Shown in pieces: positions 11,846 through 24,113 of a DNA stretch of 64,000 bases. How positions within the stretch are numbered: the stretch's first letter is position 1; the number at the start of each line of letters is the position of its first letter. Source of the DNA: Podarcis tiliguerta (taxonomy: Eukaryota); NCBI GenBank assembly GCA_965153285.1, contig OZ229115.1; one strand, 5' to 3'. The position numbers were made by a program, and so were the translations under genes. Under the pieces are notes generated by a model. It was not told the DNA's origin, did no database searches, and worked only from the letters and a program-made list of their open reading frames with translations.

Positions 11846-12862
11846 TAGTTAACTCTCTTTCTCTTCCCCCAAACAAGGTTATAGAGTGGCCTGTGTAGGT
11901 ATAAGGCCCCATCTGTACTATACACTTAAAAGCGGTATTGCACCACTTTCAACATTCAAGGCTTCCCTCAAAGAATCTTGGGAACTGTAGTTTATTAAGG
12001 GTGCTGTTAGGAGGCTCCTATACCCCTCACAGAGCTACAGTTCTCAGAGTGTTTTTTACAAGCAATCCCTTTTCCAAGGGAACTTTAGCTATTTGAGAGG
12101 AATGAGGGGTCTCCTAACAACTCTTAGCACATTTAACAAGCTATAATTCCCATTATCCTTGGGGAAAACCATGGCTATTTAGGCACCTGATTCAGAATTC
12201 CCATCACCTTTCCCAAAGGTTGTTAGCTGCATTGAATGACCACAGGTTCCTCGCTCTTGCTTTAGATTTTTGGAGAAACAAGGACAGCTAAAACCACTAT
12301 AAAACCAGCACTTTATCTTAGGTTATATCTAAGCGGTAGTCATTTCATGATTATGATGTCTGTCATAGGGAAGTAGTCTGTCCCCCCGTCAGGTGTTTGA
12401 TGCTTTTTTAAAAAACAACAACCAACCAAACAGCATTTTATAATTGAAGCAGCCTGATGGTAAACCTGCGAGGAAGTTATGTTATGAGGAAGAAGCCCTG
12501 TGTATTTCCCTCCCACCAATCTTTGCCTCTTAAAAATCCCCTTCTAAGGGTCAAACTAGACGTGACATTAACTGCATTAAACTCTGGATTTTTTTCACCT
12601 GAACCCAGGAAGCTGAGCAGTTTGGGGACCATCTGGGTTGGGGAGAGGAGTTTAAATATATCTCAGAAGGCTGTTATTTGCATTTCAAGAACCCCCCCCC
12701 CATTGGTGCAAAGAGTCTCTTGCGATTCTCCATAATAAATAATTTAGACTGCTAAGATAAGAGTCTGCGAGATGTTGGGTTTATTGTGTTAGTTTTCCTC
12801 ACCATAATGCTAGCCTTGCTGCCCAGATTTCTAATGTTCCTTTTATACTCCAGTGCCTATTG

Positions 12863-13637
12863 TGTTATGGACTTGTGGCTTTTTGCGTGTTCAGACCTTT
12901 AAAGCTCCACCTTGAATAAATTCAGACAAGACTCAAATTTTGGTTTGGTTTTGGGGCGGAATTTAGGCCCCAGCTTTATTGATTACAGCAAGTGAATGGT
13001 TGCATAGGCTCTGGTTTGACTGACTCCCTGCACCATTGCAGGTAGCGCTGACCCTGGGCACCAGCATAGGTCAGCCAAGGGTGAACACCTGGATAAGCAG
13101 AAAGCCGGGAACAGGCTATCTCCACCACCCAAATGCACCCCCTGGACTCAGGCACAGGCACAACCCCCTCACAGGGGTTGACCAAACCACTGAGTCCCTG
13201 GATTCCTTTAACGGAATACCCTTCACATAGGGATGGCGAGAGCTTTCTCTTATCCCTGTCACCTGAACCAGAGCCTATCCACAACCTTACAAGTTGTGAC
13301 GATTTGCTATGCGGCAGGCGAAACCCAAATGGCACCAGCCAAGTGGGGGAAATTCCTGCCATGCCCCTGCCCCAACGACAGACGACACACGACGGCATAG
13401 CAAGGTCAAGCGCACAGCCTTAAATATAGGGAGAGGTGGGCGGGTGTTCTGATGCACGCACCGAAAGAGGGAGCTCTGGGTCACGTGCATGGGCTTAAAT
13501 AGGTCCCTCAAACCATTTAGCTTGCGTCCCATTGGCCTGATTAAACCCAGCATCAAGGGACCTACCAATTGGGTGTTGTGGCTAATCAATCAACCCACCC
13601 ACAGCACAGGGTTTGGTTGCCAGGTCTCACCGCAACA
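12863..13637 (-). mobile_element. Probable solo LTR
   Basis: Minus strand begins TGTTG at 13637, then CCAAT (~13535), TATTTAA (~13500), AATAAA (~12981) and an AACA end near 12863. TSD not resolved; left boundary uncertain. Confidence 0.5.
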
Positions 13638-14172
13638 CGTGCCCTCTTTAAGGGAGATCCCGATTTGTTTTGATATACAGTACTGCCATGTTGTGCTAAA
13701 TTTCATTCACACACGACAGCAAATGTCATATGACATGTTGCCGCCACCCCCACCGCTTTCCACACATCCCCATAATTCACTGCAGAGTGTTCCCAAATAC
13801 TGCCCAAAATTTCAAAATGTAGCTGTGGGGGTGTGATCCATGAGACCCACAGATGTTTACAACACAAAACTCCCTAGAACTTCCCATGAAAACATTCCCC
13901 CCCCCCTTCTGGCAACAATTAATGCAGAAATGAAACCTATACTTCTGCTAGATTTTCAGAAGTGGCATTTCCATCCTTGCATTCTAGGCAAACCTCCAGG
14001 GTTCGCATGAAAGCTGTGGGAGGGGGCAGAGGGAAAAGTGAACTGGGAATAAATGTGAATTTTACCTTTGTACAGTAGGCTAGTTTCTTCACACTTTCAT
14101 ATTCCTCTCTATCCTCCAACCAGGATTTACTGCAGTTACTCACTGGAACTGATCTTCATTATATTTCTAAGT

Positions 14173-14323
14173 CATGGGCATAACCTGGGGAGGGGGGAGT
14201 AGGCAGGCATCTCCCCCCCCCCTCCAATCAAGTAAAACAATAAAAATACTTAACTAACTAAGGTTCTGCTCCCCCCAACATGAAGCTTGCCCCCCCAAAC
14301 ATAAATCCCTGGCTACACCCATG
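14173..14323. mobile_element. hAT-type MITE
   Basis: TIRs CATGGGCATAACC/GGCTACACCCATG; 8-bp TSD TTC(T/C)AAGT. Confidence 0.85.
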
Positions 14324-14353
14324 TTCCAAGTCCTGAATTTTGTGTGACAAAGC

Positions 14354-15191
14354 CAGGGTGGATTTGATTTGATTTAAATCAAATTGATTTAAATCACTAG
14401 TCAGTAAGACTTGATTTACATCATTTTTTTTAATGGAAAGACTCAATTCTTGCTGGTATAATCTTAATATTTACAACCAGATAAAGGTTTCATTTTTGGA
14501 ATAATGCATTTTCAGAGTAGTTTTTACAGTTTTTTCAAAAATTACTGATTTGGTTATATTATTAGAAACACATTAACAGATAATTTTTTTATTGTTTTTT
14601 CCAAAGTTTTTAGACAGACAAACAAACACACACACATCTTAACTGTACTTGATCCAATCTTAGTAACATTGTTAAGTGACTTCCTCAAATCCCCCTAGCT
14701 GAATTTCAGTGTATTTCATTGTAACAGTTTTCCAAAACCAATTTTCTCATAAGATTAACTTAATCACTTAACATCTTTCTTTCTTTTCATTTTAACTTTA
14801 AACTGTTTATATTTGGACAACTTTTCTGCTGTACTTTATTGGAAGGAGAAAAATAATCATTTCCTTAATAAAAATTTAAACAATTTATTCAACTAAAACA
14901 ATAACATTATAGCATATGTATCCATGTTTGTTAACTGATGTGGTTAAACAATTTATTTAACAAAAAACCTTATACTGAGTTTTAGCACACATGAAAACAA
15001 ATCCTTATTTCCTGATGAATAGCCTTTGGACTATAATATAACTTAAAAAGAAAACCATCTTTAGAAAGATTTTTCTTCCAAAAGCATTTTATTTTGAAAA
15101 TCCAATTTTTTTTCTGATTTAATTTAAAAAATCTGAGTTAAAAAAATAATCCATATTTTTTTTAAAAAAATCATTGATTTTTATCACCCTG
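14354..15191. mobile_element. Non-autonomous hAT element with an internal LINE-3'-like segment (~14583-14810)
   Basis: TIRs CAGGGTG/CACCCTG; subterminal GATTTAAATC repeats; TSD GACAAAGC/GTCAAAGT. Confidence 0.8.
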
Positions 15192-16083
15192 GTCAAAGTG
15201 AACCATCCTTTGTTCCCATAATAGGTCTCTAGCCTTCCTGCTTCTAATCTAGATGGAGGTTGCAGCGAGATGAAGAAAGAGAAGCCAGCCAGCAAAGGCC
15301 ATACCAAAGCTATTAGTCACTTTAGGGCTCTCGCTATGCGATTTCTGTCATACAACTCTAGCTGTGTGTCAGACAAAGGGCTGCTTCACATATGCATTCA
15401 TGCCACTTAGCCATAATGTGACACTTTGAGTATGTGAGCTGTAGCTTTTTAATTATAGATGGGAGAAAACTTTCACACTGCCTGATTTTCAGCTCACACA
15501 AAGCTTTGCAGCAAAGAGCGTTCACACCTTCAGCTGAGATTTCTCAAATGCCGCTTGCAAAAAGTGTGAACCGATGCTCAACTGGAGATGAAAAATTTCT
15601 GGGAATTGTGAACTGGGGTTGGGTGGGAAGATGTTCCCCCTGTCCTTGATTCCCCTCCCTGTAAACAATAATGGATATTTGGGTGGGGGGGGGATGGTAA
15701 TATACACAATGCTTATGACTCCAACCTAAACGTACGTTACTGATTTTGCAATGTTTTATTTAAATCCTAGTTAACATATGAAAATGTGCTATTTGACATA
15801 TGGCAGAACAATCCCATGCATGCTTACTTTAGATATAAGACTCAGTCTGTTCAGTGGACCTTGATCCCAGGTAAGCACACAGAAGAATTCAGCCTCAAAA
15901 GTATTGTTGCATGCCACCCCAATCTCTGAACGGGGCGAGATTTCAGGAGTTCCAGGTGTTTATCTAGGGTTCAGTTTCCTTGAAATGAGGTGCAGCAGAG
16001 ACTGTGGCTTCTTTATGACATATGGTTTATTTACACAACCTGAGCCTAAGATGGAGGAGCTCACAGCATTAACACCTTAGTCA

Positions 16084-16219
16084 CAGGCATGGCCAAATTT
16101 GGCCCTCCAGCTGTTTTGGGACTACAATTCCCATCATCCCTGACCACTGGTCCTGTTAGCTAGGGATGATGGGAGTTGTAGTCCCAAAACAGCTGGAAGA
16201 CCAAGTTTGGCCATGCCTG
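16084..16219. mobile_element. hAT-type palindromic MITE
   Basis: TIRs CAGGCATGGCCAAA/TTTGGCCATGCCTG; same family as 36-171. Confidence 0.88.
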
Positions 16220-16495
16220 CCCTAGAAAGTCTTGCTTTTCCCATAGCTACAGCCTTGGATTCCAGCAGAAATTGGGCATGGCTCTCACTCTCTGGCTTCT
16301 GCATGCTTCTAGTGCAGCTCTCACACACGTCTGGCTATTGTGCTTCTCACTACCAGTCAGGGGAGGGGAGGGGGGCACATTCATTTGCCCCTAATTTTAT
16401 TATATTATGACCATTAACTTGCTGGGGAGCTTATCTACACCTTTCCCCCACTCTTTCCAGGAACGGTCTGTGATTTAAAGATCTCTATCTGAGCA

Positions 16496-16552
16496 CGATA
16501 CGATACAATATATCTTTATTGTCATTGTCCCATGCAGGACAATGAAATTGCA
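16496..16552 (-). mobile_element. Very short 3' end of a Rex1/Babar-like LINE
   Basis: Matches the 3' end of the element at 37873 (cgata...tctttattgt..ttgtcccat..ag.acaa..aaattg). Confidence 0.65.
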
Positions 16553-17087
16553 AAGCACATACCCACACCCCCTTTCCTTTTTGGGGGGGCTAAGGAGTTT
16601 TCCACATGAAAGCCTGCTCTTTAAAGCTGTATTGGAGCAAATGTCAATGCGCAGAAAACCCAAGTTGATGTTTGGTCCGATTCAGCTTTAAAGAGCGGGT
16701 TTCTTTCCTGGGAAAGTGCAAGGCAACACCCCTCCCCCCAAAAAAAATGTTCTTGGAAACAGAGCATTAAAGGGTGGACCTCTGCCTGGAAAGAGTGGGG
16801 CAAAAGGTGGGTAAGCTTGTCTAAGAAGCTTATCTGGCTTGTTCGGTAATGGAATCCTCCATTAGATTTCAACCCTTTCTGAACTGAAGTCTAAGAGACT
16901 CGGTATCATGCAGGCCGACTGACCCCCCTAAACTCACAACGGTATAAATACCTTAGTTTTTTGCCATGGGGGAGATGTGAAAAGTTTGATCACAAGAGAG
17001 GGGCAAGCTCAAAACAGCAACACTTGTAGTGCATCCAAACTAGATCCAAGAAAGCAAGCAACAGTTCAGGAACCATTAAGTCCCCAC

Positions 17088-17455
17088 GAGCCATTACGTC
17101 CCCTCTTGAGAGTCCCATGGACTGCAAGAAGATCAAACCTATTCATTTTTAAGGAAATCAGCCCTGAGTGCTCACTGGAAGGACAGATCCTGAAGCTGAG
17201 GCCCCAATACTTTGGCCACCTCATGAGAAGAGAAGACTCCCTGGAAAAGACCCTGATGTTGGGGAAGATGGAGGGCACAAGGAGAAGGGGATGACAGAGG
17301 ACGAGATGGTTAGACAGTGTTCTTGAAGATACAAACATGAGTCTGACCAAACTGCGAGAGGCAGTGGAAGACAGGAGTGTCTGGCGTGCTCTGGTCCATG
17401 GGGTCACGAAGAGTCGGACACGACTAAACGACTAAACAACAACAACAACAACAAC
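17088..17455 (+). mobile_element. RTE-BovB LINE 3' fragment
   Basis: LLRVPWTARRSN...KEISPECSLEGQILKLRPQYFGHLMRREDSLEKTLMLGKMEGTRRRG; ggggtcacgaagagtcggacacgact followed by a (CAA)n tail; TSD AAGTCCCCAC (17078-17087, 17456-17465). Confidence 0.95.
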
Positions 17456-18088
17456 AAGTCCCCACAAACACTTTCTAAGTGTAGGAATGCTTGTTGGATT
17501 TGTGTGTTGTATGTGCCTATTGCACATTATAAGCAGGAATAATTCTCCAAAGCCATATATGACTTGAACAATGAAGTTGGCCTTGGAGCTGCTGCAAAAA
17601 CAGGCAAAGAGTTGCTCTTGCTTCGTATAAAAGCTCTAGAGTGAGCCAGGATTATTGTATTGTTAAGTCCTGCTAGCCCAATAGCAGGTGGCCTTCATGT
17701 ATCATGGAACAGGAAGGATATCCTTTTGCAGTGGGAGATGGATAAACAAAACACCATAGCTTGACTTAAGCTGTGTTTTCCTAGCCAAGTTGAAATCTTG
17801 TAGAGAGCTGGCACTTGCAAATAACACCCTTAGCCCAGTCGAAGGAAATCCTGTCCTTTTGTGTTGGAGCCAGGGAGCGGGGTTGGTGTGTATACACATC
17901 CGTAGTGGCTGATCTGAAAAGCAGCTGCTTGGATTTGAGAGTAGGGTTTTTTTAAATTACACCTTCACATTAGAGTACAACAAGATACTATATCCCTTTA
18001 CAATTTCTCCACCTAGCTGAATAAGGTCAGGGACTGCATGGAAGCAGTCTCCTGGGGCTTGATCCGTCAGTTTTAGGCTTGCATATAA

Positions 18089-18166
18089 ATCATAGAATCA
18101 TAGAATCATAGAGTTGGAAGAGACCACAAGGGTCATCGAGTCCAACCCCCTGCCAAGCAGGAAACA
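18089..18166 (-). mobile_element. CR1 LINE 3' end (short)
   Basis: (ATCATAGA)n is the reverse complement of the CR1 (TCTATGAT)n tail; matches the copy at 44671. Confidence 0.88.
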
Positions 18167-18679
18167 ATGTCCCCTATTGTGTCCCTATTTGCTCTTCCTA
18201 TCCTTTCCTGTCCCCAGTTCACAAATAATATCTGACTCTGCTTAATGTGCTGTACATCTGAACTTGAAATATCCTTGAACACCTTATCTGTGGACCATGC
18301 CGGCAACCAAAGAAACTTGAGCAGATTTCTGAACTCAAGTCTAGTAAAGAGGCATTTGTTTTGAAAAGAAATACACTTTTATATAACCAGAGAACTGCAG
18401 AAGGCATCGCTATTGCCTGCAGTTATATGTATATTCTGCTTTTCAAAAAACAAAGCGATATGCTTCTGTTGGAACAGTGAGTTCTCTTGTAGAACCCAAG
18501 AAATTGCATAGGCTCTGCATGTGTGCAGGTAGGGTCTGTGTGAGAGCTAAACAGTTAGATACAACTGTGAGTGTGTGCAGGCGCAATTTAAAGATGATCC
18601 ACATTAGCCATTGGTGCACGTAAATCAATGCCGAATGTAGCATCATATGTCAAATGGGGTATTGCTTGGGTGCCAGTAA

Positions 18680-19053
18680 CGTAAAGGAAAAGGACCCCTG
18701 GACGGTTAAGTTCAGTCAAAGGCAACTATGGGGTTGCGGCGCTCATCTCGCTTTTAGGTCAAGGGAGCCGGGTCACAGACAGCTTTCCGGGTCATGTGGG
18801 CAGCATGACTAGACCGCTTCTGGCGCAACGGAACATTGTGACGGAAACCAGAGCGCATGGAAACACGGTTTACCATCCCACCTCAGTGGTACCTATTTAT
18901 TTACTTGCACTGGTGTGTTTTTGAACTGCTAGGTTGACAGGAGCTGGGACCAAGCAATGGGAGCTCACCCCGCCACGGGGATTCGAACCACCAGCCTTCT
19001 GATCTGCAAGCCCAAGAGGCTCAGTGGTTTAGACCACAGCGCCACCCGCATCC
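18680..19053 (-). mobile_element. Sauria SINE
   Basis: Full-length reverse-complement copy; approximate TSD GGTGCCA(G/A)TA. Confidence 0.9.
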
Positions 19054-20158
19054 AGTATTGATGGTGCCAATATTGATAGGGCAATATCAATATCATGGAA
19101 CTTACCCTTAGCTGTACCACTTGGTTGCAGCTTCCTTCTGCACATTGGTATCTCAGGACTGTGTTCATGATTTTAAGCTTTACTTCTGACCACACATACA
19201 CCTTGATAATTAAAATACAGGCTGCTTCATTACCAGAACAACCCTATTAGAAACAAAACTGTGTAAAATACCAGAAATGTTCACCAGGACAAAAAATAAA
19301 TAAAAATGCCTTCCCCAGTTCTGCCCATTTGTTTTCACAGAGAGCAAGTTACTCCTAACAAGCGGAAAGTCTATGAAGAGGGGGAAAAGGAAGCGTTTAG
19401 GGAACCAGGAAACAAAGTTTGGCTGCTGGGCAAGACAGCTGTGAACTTAGATAAACAAATCTCTTGAAGCTTAATCTAACAGCAGCACTCGTGCTGTACA
19501 GGTGCAGAAAGAATATTGGTTCTATGCATTTTGTTTGTGGTTGGTCTGTTTGTTAAGATGCGAAAAGGTGGAGACAATGGCTGGCCTGAATCCAGAGATT
19601 ATTCATGTTAAACTTCGCCCTCTCCTCCCATCCCAAAGTAGAATCCCGCCTACTGTAAGATCTGTGCAATTGTTTTGCCTGGTGCAGCTTGTGTGTATGA
19701 TGGTGCATGCGAAGAACAGTTGCTGTGTATGTGTTCCAACAATCACAATGGCCAGACTAGGCTAACACATGAGTCAGGAAATGGGATGCTGTAGTGCCCT
19801 GGCTAACAGGATGTTTTCCTGATGCCTTTTTAGAGGCAGCCTTGACAAAACTGATCTAACCATATGCTTGTAATGCTGGACTTGGTCAAATAATTCTAAA
19901 AGGCTTTGCACCGTACTCTTTGATTAAAATCAACACATTGGCTTACAATAAAATATTAAAACATAGTGGGCAGCATCGAACGTGCGAGCAGATTTCTTCT
20001 TGTGCAATGGCAGTTCTGTTTTTTCTCTTCCACTGCATCCCCCTTGTGCAGCCCCAAAAATTTGCTCCAAGGAAATGGCTAGTGGTCAGGGATGATGGGA
20101 GTTGTTGTTGAGACTTTTTACTGTAAAAAGCTAGTGATAAATGGAAACAATAATTCAT

Positions 20159-20534
20159 GTGGTGCTGTGGTCTAAACCACTGAAGCTCTTGATCTTGCCG
20201 ATCAGAAGGTCAGCAGTACGAATCCCCACAATGAGGTGAGCTCCTGTTGCTCTGTCCCAGCTCCTGCCAACCTAGCCGTTCAAAAGCTTGCCAGTGCAAG
20301 TAGATAAATAGGTACCACTGTGGCAGGAAGGTAAACGGTGTTTCCATGCGCTCTGGTTTCCGTCACAGTGCTCCATTGTTCCAGAAGAGGTTTAGTCATG
20401 CTGGCCACATGATTCAAAAAGCTGTCTGTGGACAAACGTCGGCTCCCTTGGCCTGAAAGCGAGACGAGCGGCACAACCCCATAGTTGCCTTTGACTTGAC
20501 TTAACCATCCAGGGGACCTTTACCTTTTACTTTT
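20159..20534 (+). mobile_element. Sauria SINE
   Basis: gtggtgctgtggtctaaaccac head, conserved body, (ACCTTT)-like tail. Confidence 0.9.
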
Positions 20535-20754
20535 AGAGAGAAGTACCAGAGGAAATTCCTGTTGTCTGAAAAGTGGGACGACCCTCCCTGATCTTGTAAT
20601 ACAGGTTATGTGATTTTCTTTTATTGATTAGTATGAATCATTTTGTTTCATTTTGGGATTACTGTTTGGATTTGTGAACTGTTTTCAGTGCCTTGGAGCA
20701 AAGAGAATAAATCAGATAAATAGACATCCCCTATGATGAGAATGTATTTTATTA

Positions 20755-21358
20755 CAGTGGTACCTCAGGTTACATGGGACGCGGGTGGCGCTGTGGGTTA
20801 ACGCCTCAGCGCCTAGGACTTGCTGATCGAAAGGTCGGCGGTTCGAATCCCCGCGGCGGGGTGCGCTCCCGTCGTTCGGTCCCAGCGCCTGCCAACCTAG
20901 CAGTTCGAAAGCACCTTTGGGTGCAAGTAGATAAATAGGGACCGCTTACTAGGGGAAAGGTAAACGGCGTTCCGTGTGCTGTGCTGGCTCGCCAGATGCA
21001 GCTTGTCACGCTGGCCACGTGACCCGGAAGTGTCTGCGGACAGCGCTGGCTCCCGGCCTATAGAGTGAGATGAGCGCACAACCCTAGAGTCTGGCAAGAC
21101 TGGCCTGTATGGGCAGGGGTACCTCTACCTTTACCTTTACCTACCTCAGGTTACAGATACTCCGGTTACAGACGCTTCAGGTTATAGACTCCACTAACCC
21201 AGAAATAGTACCTCGGGTTAAGAACTTTGCTTCAGGATGAGAACAGAAATCGCGTGCTGGAGGCCCCATTAACTAAAGTGGTACCTCAGGTTAAAAACAG
21301 TTTCAGGTTAAGAACGGACCTCTAGAACGAATTAAGTTCTTAACCCGAGGTACCACTG
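20755..21358. mobile_element. Tigger-like MITE interrupted by a Sauria SINE
   Basis: TIRs CAGTGGTACCTC/GAGGTACCACTG; TA TSD; same family as 11604, in opposite orientation. Confidence 0.9.
20775..21141 (+). mobile_element. Sauria SINE (young, CpG-rich)
   Basis: GGGACGCGGGTGGCGCTGTGG head; 14-bp TSD TACCTCAGGTTACA (20761-20774, 21142-21155). Confidence 0.95.
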
Positions 21359-22309
21359 TATTAAGCGAAGGCACTGTTCATTGCACAGCAAACCAGATTT
21401 CCCTTTCATTGTTTTGTTTTAAAGGCCCTTCTTTATCACATTGTACATGCATAAAAGGTAAGGTAAATCACCTTACCCTTAAATTATCTAAATCACATGC
21501 ATAGGTGTGATTTAGATAAGTAAGAGTAATACTTTCCTCCCTCCCTCTAAAATGTAAGGCAAAGCCCTCGATTCCATTTTGTAGTATAGAACTTCTGTCT
21601 ATGCATTTCAGTAAAATTGCCTCACTGTGTGGGAAGTTGCGGCTTTGGTGTGCCAGCATGCCTTCTCCTCGTACCAGTTTGTCAGCTTTCGAAAAGGTTC
21701 ACCCTTCCCACACCAAAGAAACTGGCTGTTGTCCAAAGAACAAACCTGTAGGGTGGCATTTAATTCCCAGAGAAACCAATACTCACTCTCTTTCTCTCTC
21801 TCTTTAACCCACAGGGAGCTGGAGGTGAGATTGCTTTTTGATAACATTTGCATGTTGTGGTTGCTCTTCCTCACTTCTCTGAAACAAAATGGCTGCCTAC
21901 AGTAGGCTCAATTAATTATTTTATTATTATTCTTTACTGCACTCTATTTCAGGGTGGGCATAAATGGAATCTCTCGCCCTCCCAGTGACAGGGATCCCTT
22001 GGTGGGACTCTTTTGGCTGCAGTGGTCTGCTGCTCATCAGCAATCTTGGGACTTCACAGATGCTATGCTTCTACGGCAACTGCCAAGAATCCTAGGAATT
22101 ACAGTTTAAGGATGCTGGAGGTTGTAGCTCTGCAAGATGTAAACTACACTTGCCAGGATTCCTTGCTGGGGGAGAAGGGGATGATGTACTTTTAAATTTA
22201 TGATATGTGTGCAGCCTCAATTGGAATGGTTGCTGTGGTGTGCAGTCTGCAAAATTACCTTCTAGTTCCGCATGTTATGGGGTGCAGGGGAGCGGTGGAG
22301 GTGGAAGTA

Positions 22310-22678
22310 AAGGTAAAGGGACCCCTGACAGTTAAGTCCAGTCGTGAACGACTCTGGGGTTGTGGCGCTCATCTTGCTTTACAGGCCAAGAGAGCAGGCG
22401 TTTGTCCGCTCTGCAGACAGTTTTCCCAGGTCATGTGGCCAGTGTGACTAAGCAATGGAACACCGACACCAGAGCAGCGCACGGAAACACCGTTTACCTT
22501 CCTGCCAGAGCGTTACCTGTTGATCTACTTGCACTTTTTGGCATGCTTTCGAACTGCTAGGTTGGCAGGAGCTGGGACTGAGCAACGGGAGCTCACCCCG
22601 TCGCGGGGATTCGAACTGCCGACCTTTTGATTGGCAAGCTCAGTGGATTAGACCACAGCGCCACCTGCTTCCCCGGCA
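22310..22678 (-). mobile_element. Sauria SINE
   Basis: Reverse-complement copy; TSD GTGGAAGTA (22301-22309, 22679-22687). Confidence 0.92.
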
Positions 22679-22709
22679 GTGGAAGTACCTGCCCCCATTG
22701 TGCTGGAAG

Positions 22710-22890
22710 GTTCTGTGTGACTGCAGAGGAGGTGCTTTGCATGCAGAAGGTCCCAGGTTCCATCCTCTGCATATCTAGTAGATGCAGCTGGGAAGGACTT
22801 CTGCCTGAAGAGCTGCTGGTCATTCAGAGTAAACAATACTGGACTAGATGGACAAATAGTGTGTTTTAGTAGAAGGCAACTTATGCCTAT
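22710..22890 (+). mobile_element. Old tRNA-derived SINE; related copies at ~51430-51600 and ~53660-53820
   Basis: Head tgctttgcatgcagaaggtcccaggttc; body ctctgcctgaa...ctggactagatggac...aaggcaactt recurring in the window. Confidence 0.65.
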
Positions 22891-23761
22891 GTTGATGTTG
22901 GTTTTATTATTTAGATTTACATGGCACCCATCAATAGCATTTTCTAGTCATGCCAAGGCTTATTTGGGCTTAGAATAGTCAAGGAGGGTGTAGTTTGTCT
23001 GCCTAGGATTGTGTTGTTCAGTCTGTTCTGGATGGGACTTGCACACCTCCTAAAGGAGCAGGTTTGCAGTCGGGTTATCCTGTCAGTGGCCTCCCTTTCT
23101 CCATTGCCTTATTTTTCGGTGGAAAATTTTCCATTTCATAATTTCCAAATTAGGTTCCCCTGTCCTAGAGAGTAACCCGTTGCCTATGGGCCAGATTTTG
23201 ACCCATCATGGGTTCCAGTTTGGTCTGCAATGCCATTCCGCCCCACAAACCACACCCACCTGCCCCTGTACCTGATATCACATACCGTGTGCCATCATAA
23301 TGGGTAGAGACGTAGCTGGATTGAATGCACAGCTGAGTTCTACATCGTCTGTGGCACAGTGCGCCTTAGAGCAGTTTAAACTGATTCATCAGCTACTATC
23401 TGTTCTAGACAGATAGCCTAGAGCCTCAGTCGTCCTTGCTCTCGTCACCTCCATTTGACTATGGCAATGTGTTGTATGTGGGGCTGCCTTAGGAAACGGT
23501 TCTGTAAATGCAGCTAGTTGTTCAAAATACAACCTTGAAGCTGCTAACTGGGACCAGTTAGTGGATAACATGTCTCGAGTGCTGGCTTTCAGTTTGTTTC
23601 TGGGCTCAGTTTAGTTCTGGTGCTTACCTATCAAAGCCTCTCTGGGCTTGAGACAAATCTGAAGACCTATCTCCATGTGAACTTGTTGAGTCACTGACGT
23701 CCTGTTCAGAGACCCTCACCTGAATGCCTCTACCATTAGAGGTACAGTGAGGGGGCATTTT

Positions 23762-24113
23762 GGGTAGTGGCACTGTGGTCTAAACCACAGAGCCTAGGGC
23801 TTGCCGATCAGAAGGTTGGCGGTTCAAATCCCCGCGATGGGGTGAACTCCCGTTGCTCGGTCCCTGCTCCTGCCAACCTAGCAGTTCGAAAGCATGTCAA
23901 AGTGCAAGTAGATAAATAGTTACCACTCTGGCGGGAAGGTAAACGGCATTTCTGTGCACTGCTCTGGTTCACCAGAAGCGGCTTAGTCATGCTGGCCACA
24001 TGACCCAGAAGCTGTACGCTGGCTCCCTCGGTCAGTAAAGCAAGATGAGCGCCGCAACCCCAGAGTCGTCCACGACTGGACCTAATGGTCAGGGGTCCCT
24101 TTACATTTTTACC
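23762..24113 (+). mobile_element. Sauria SINE
   Basis: Head, body and tail homologous to the other copies. Confidence 0.9.

Noticed and set aside
18270-18480. Stop-free + strand frame of ~70 codons after an acceptor-like site
   Set aside because: An in-frame stop lies between the acceptor and the frame; no convincing donor and no recognisable protein.
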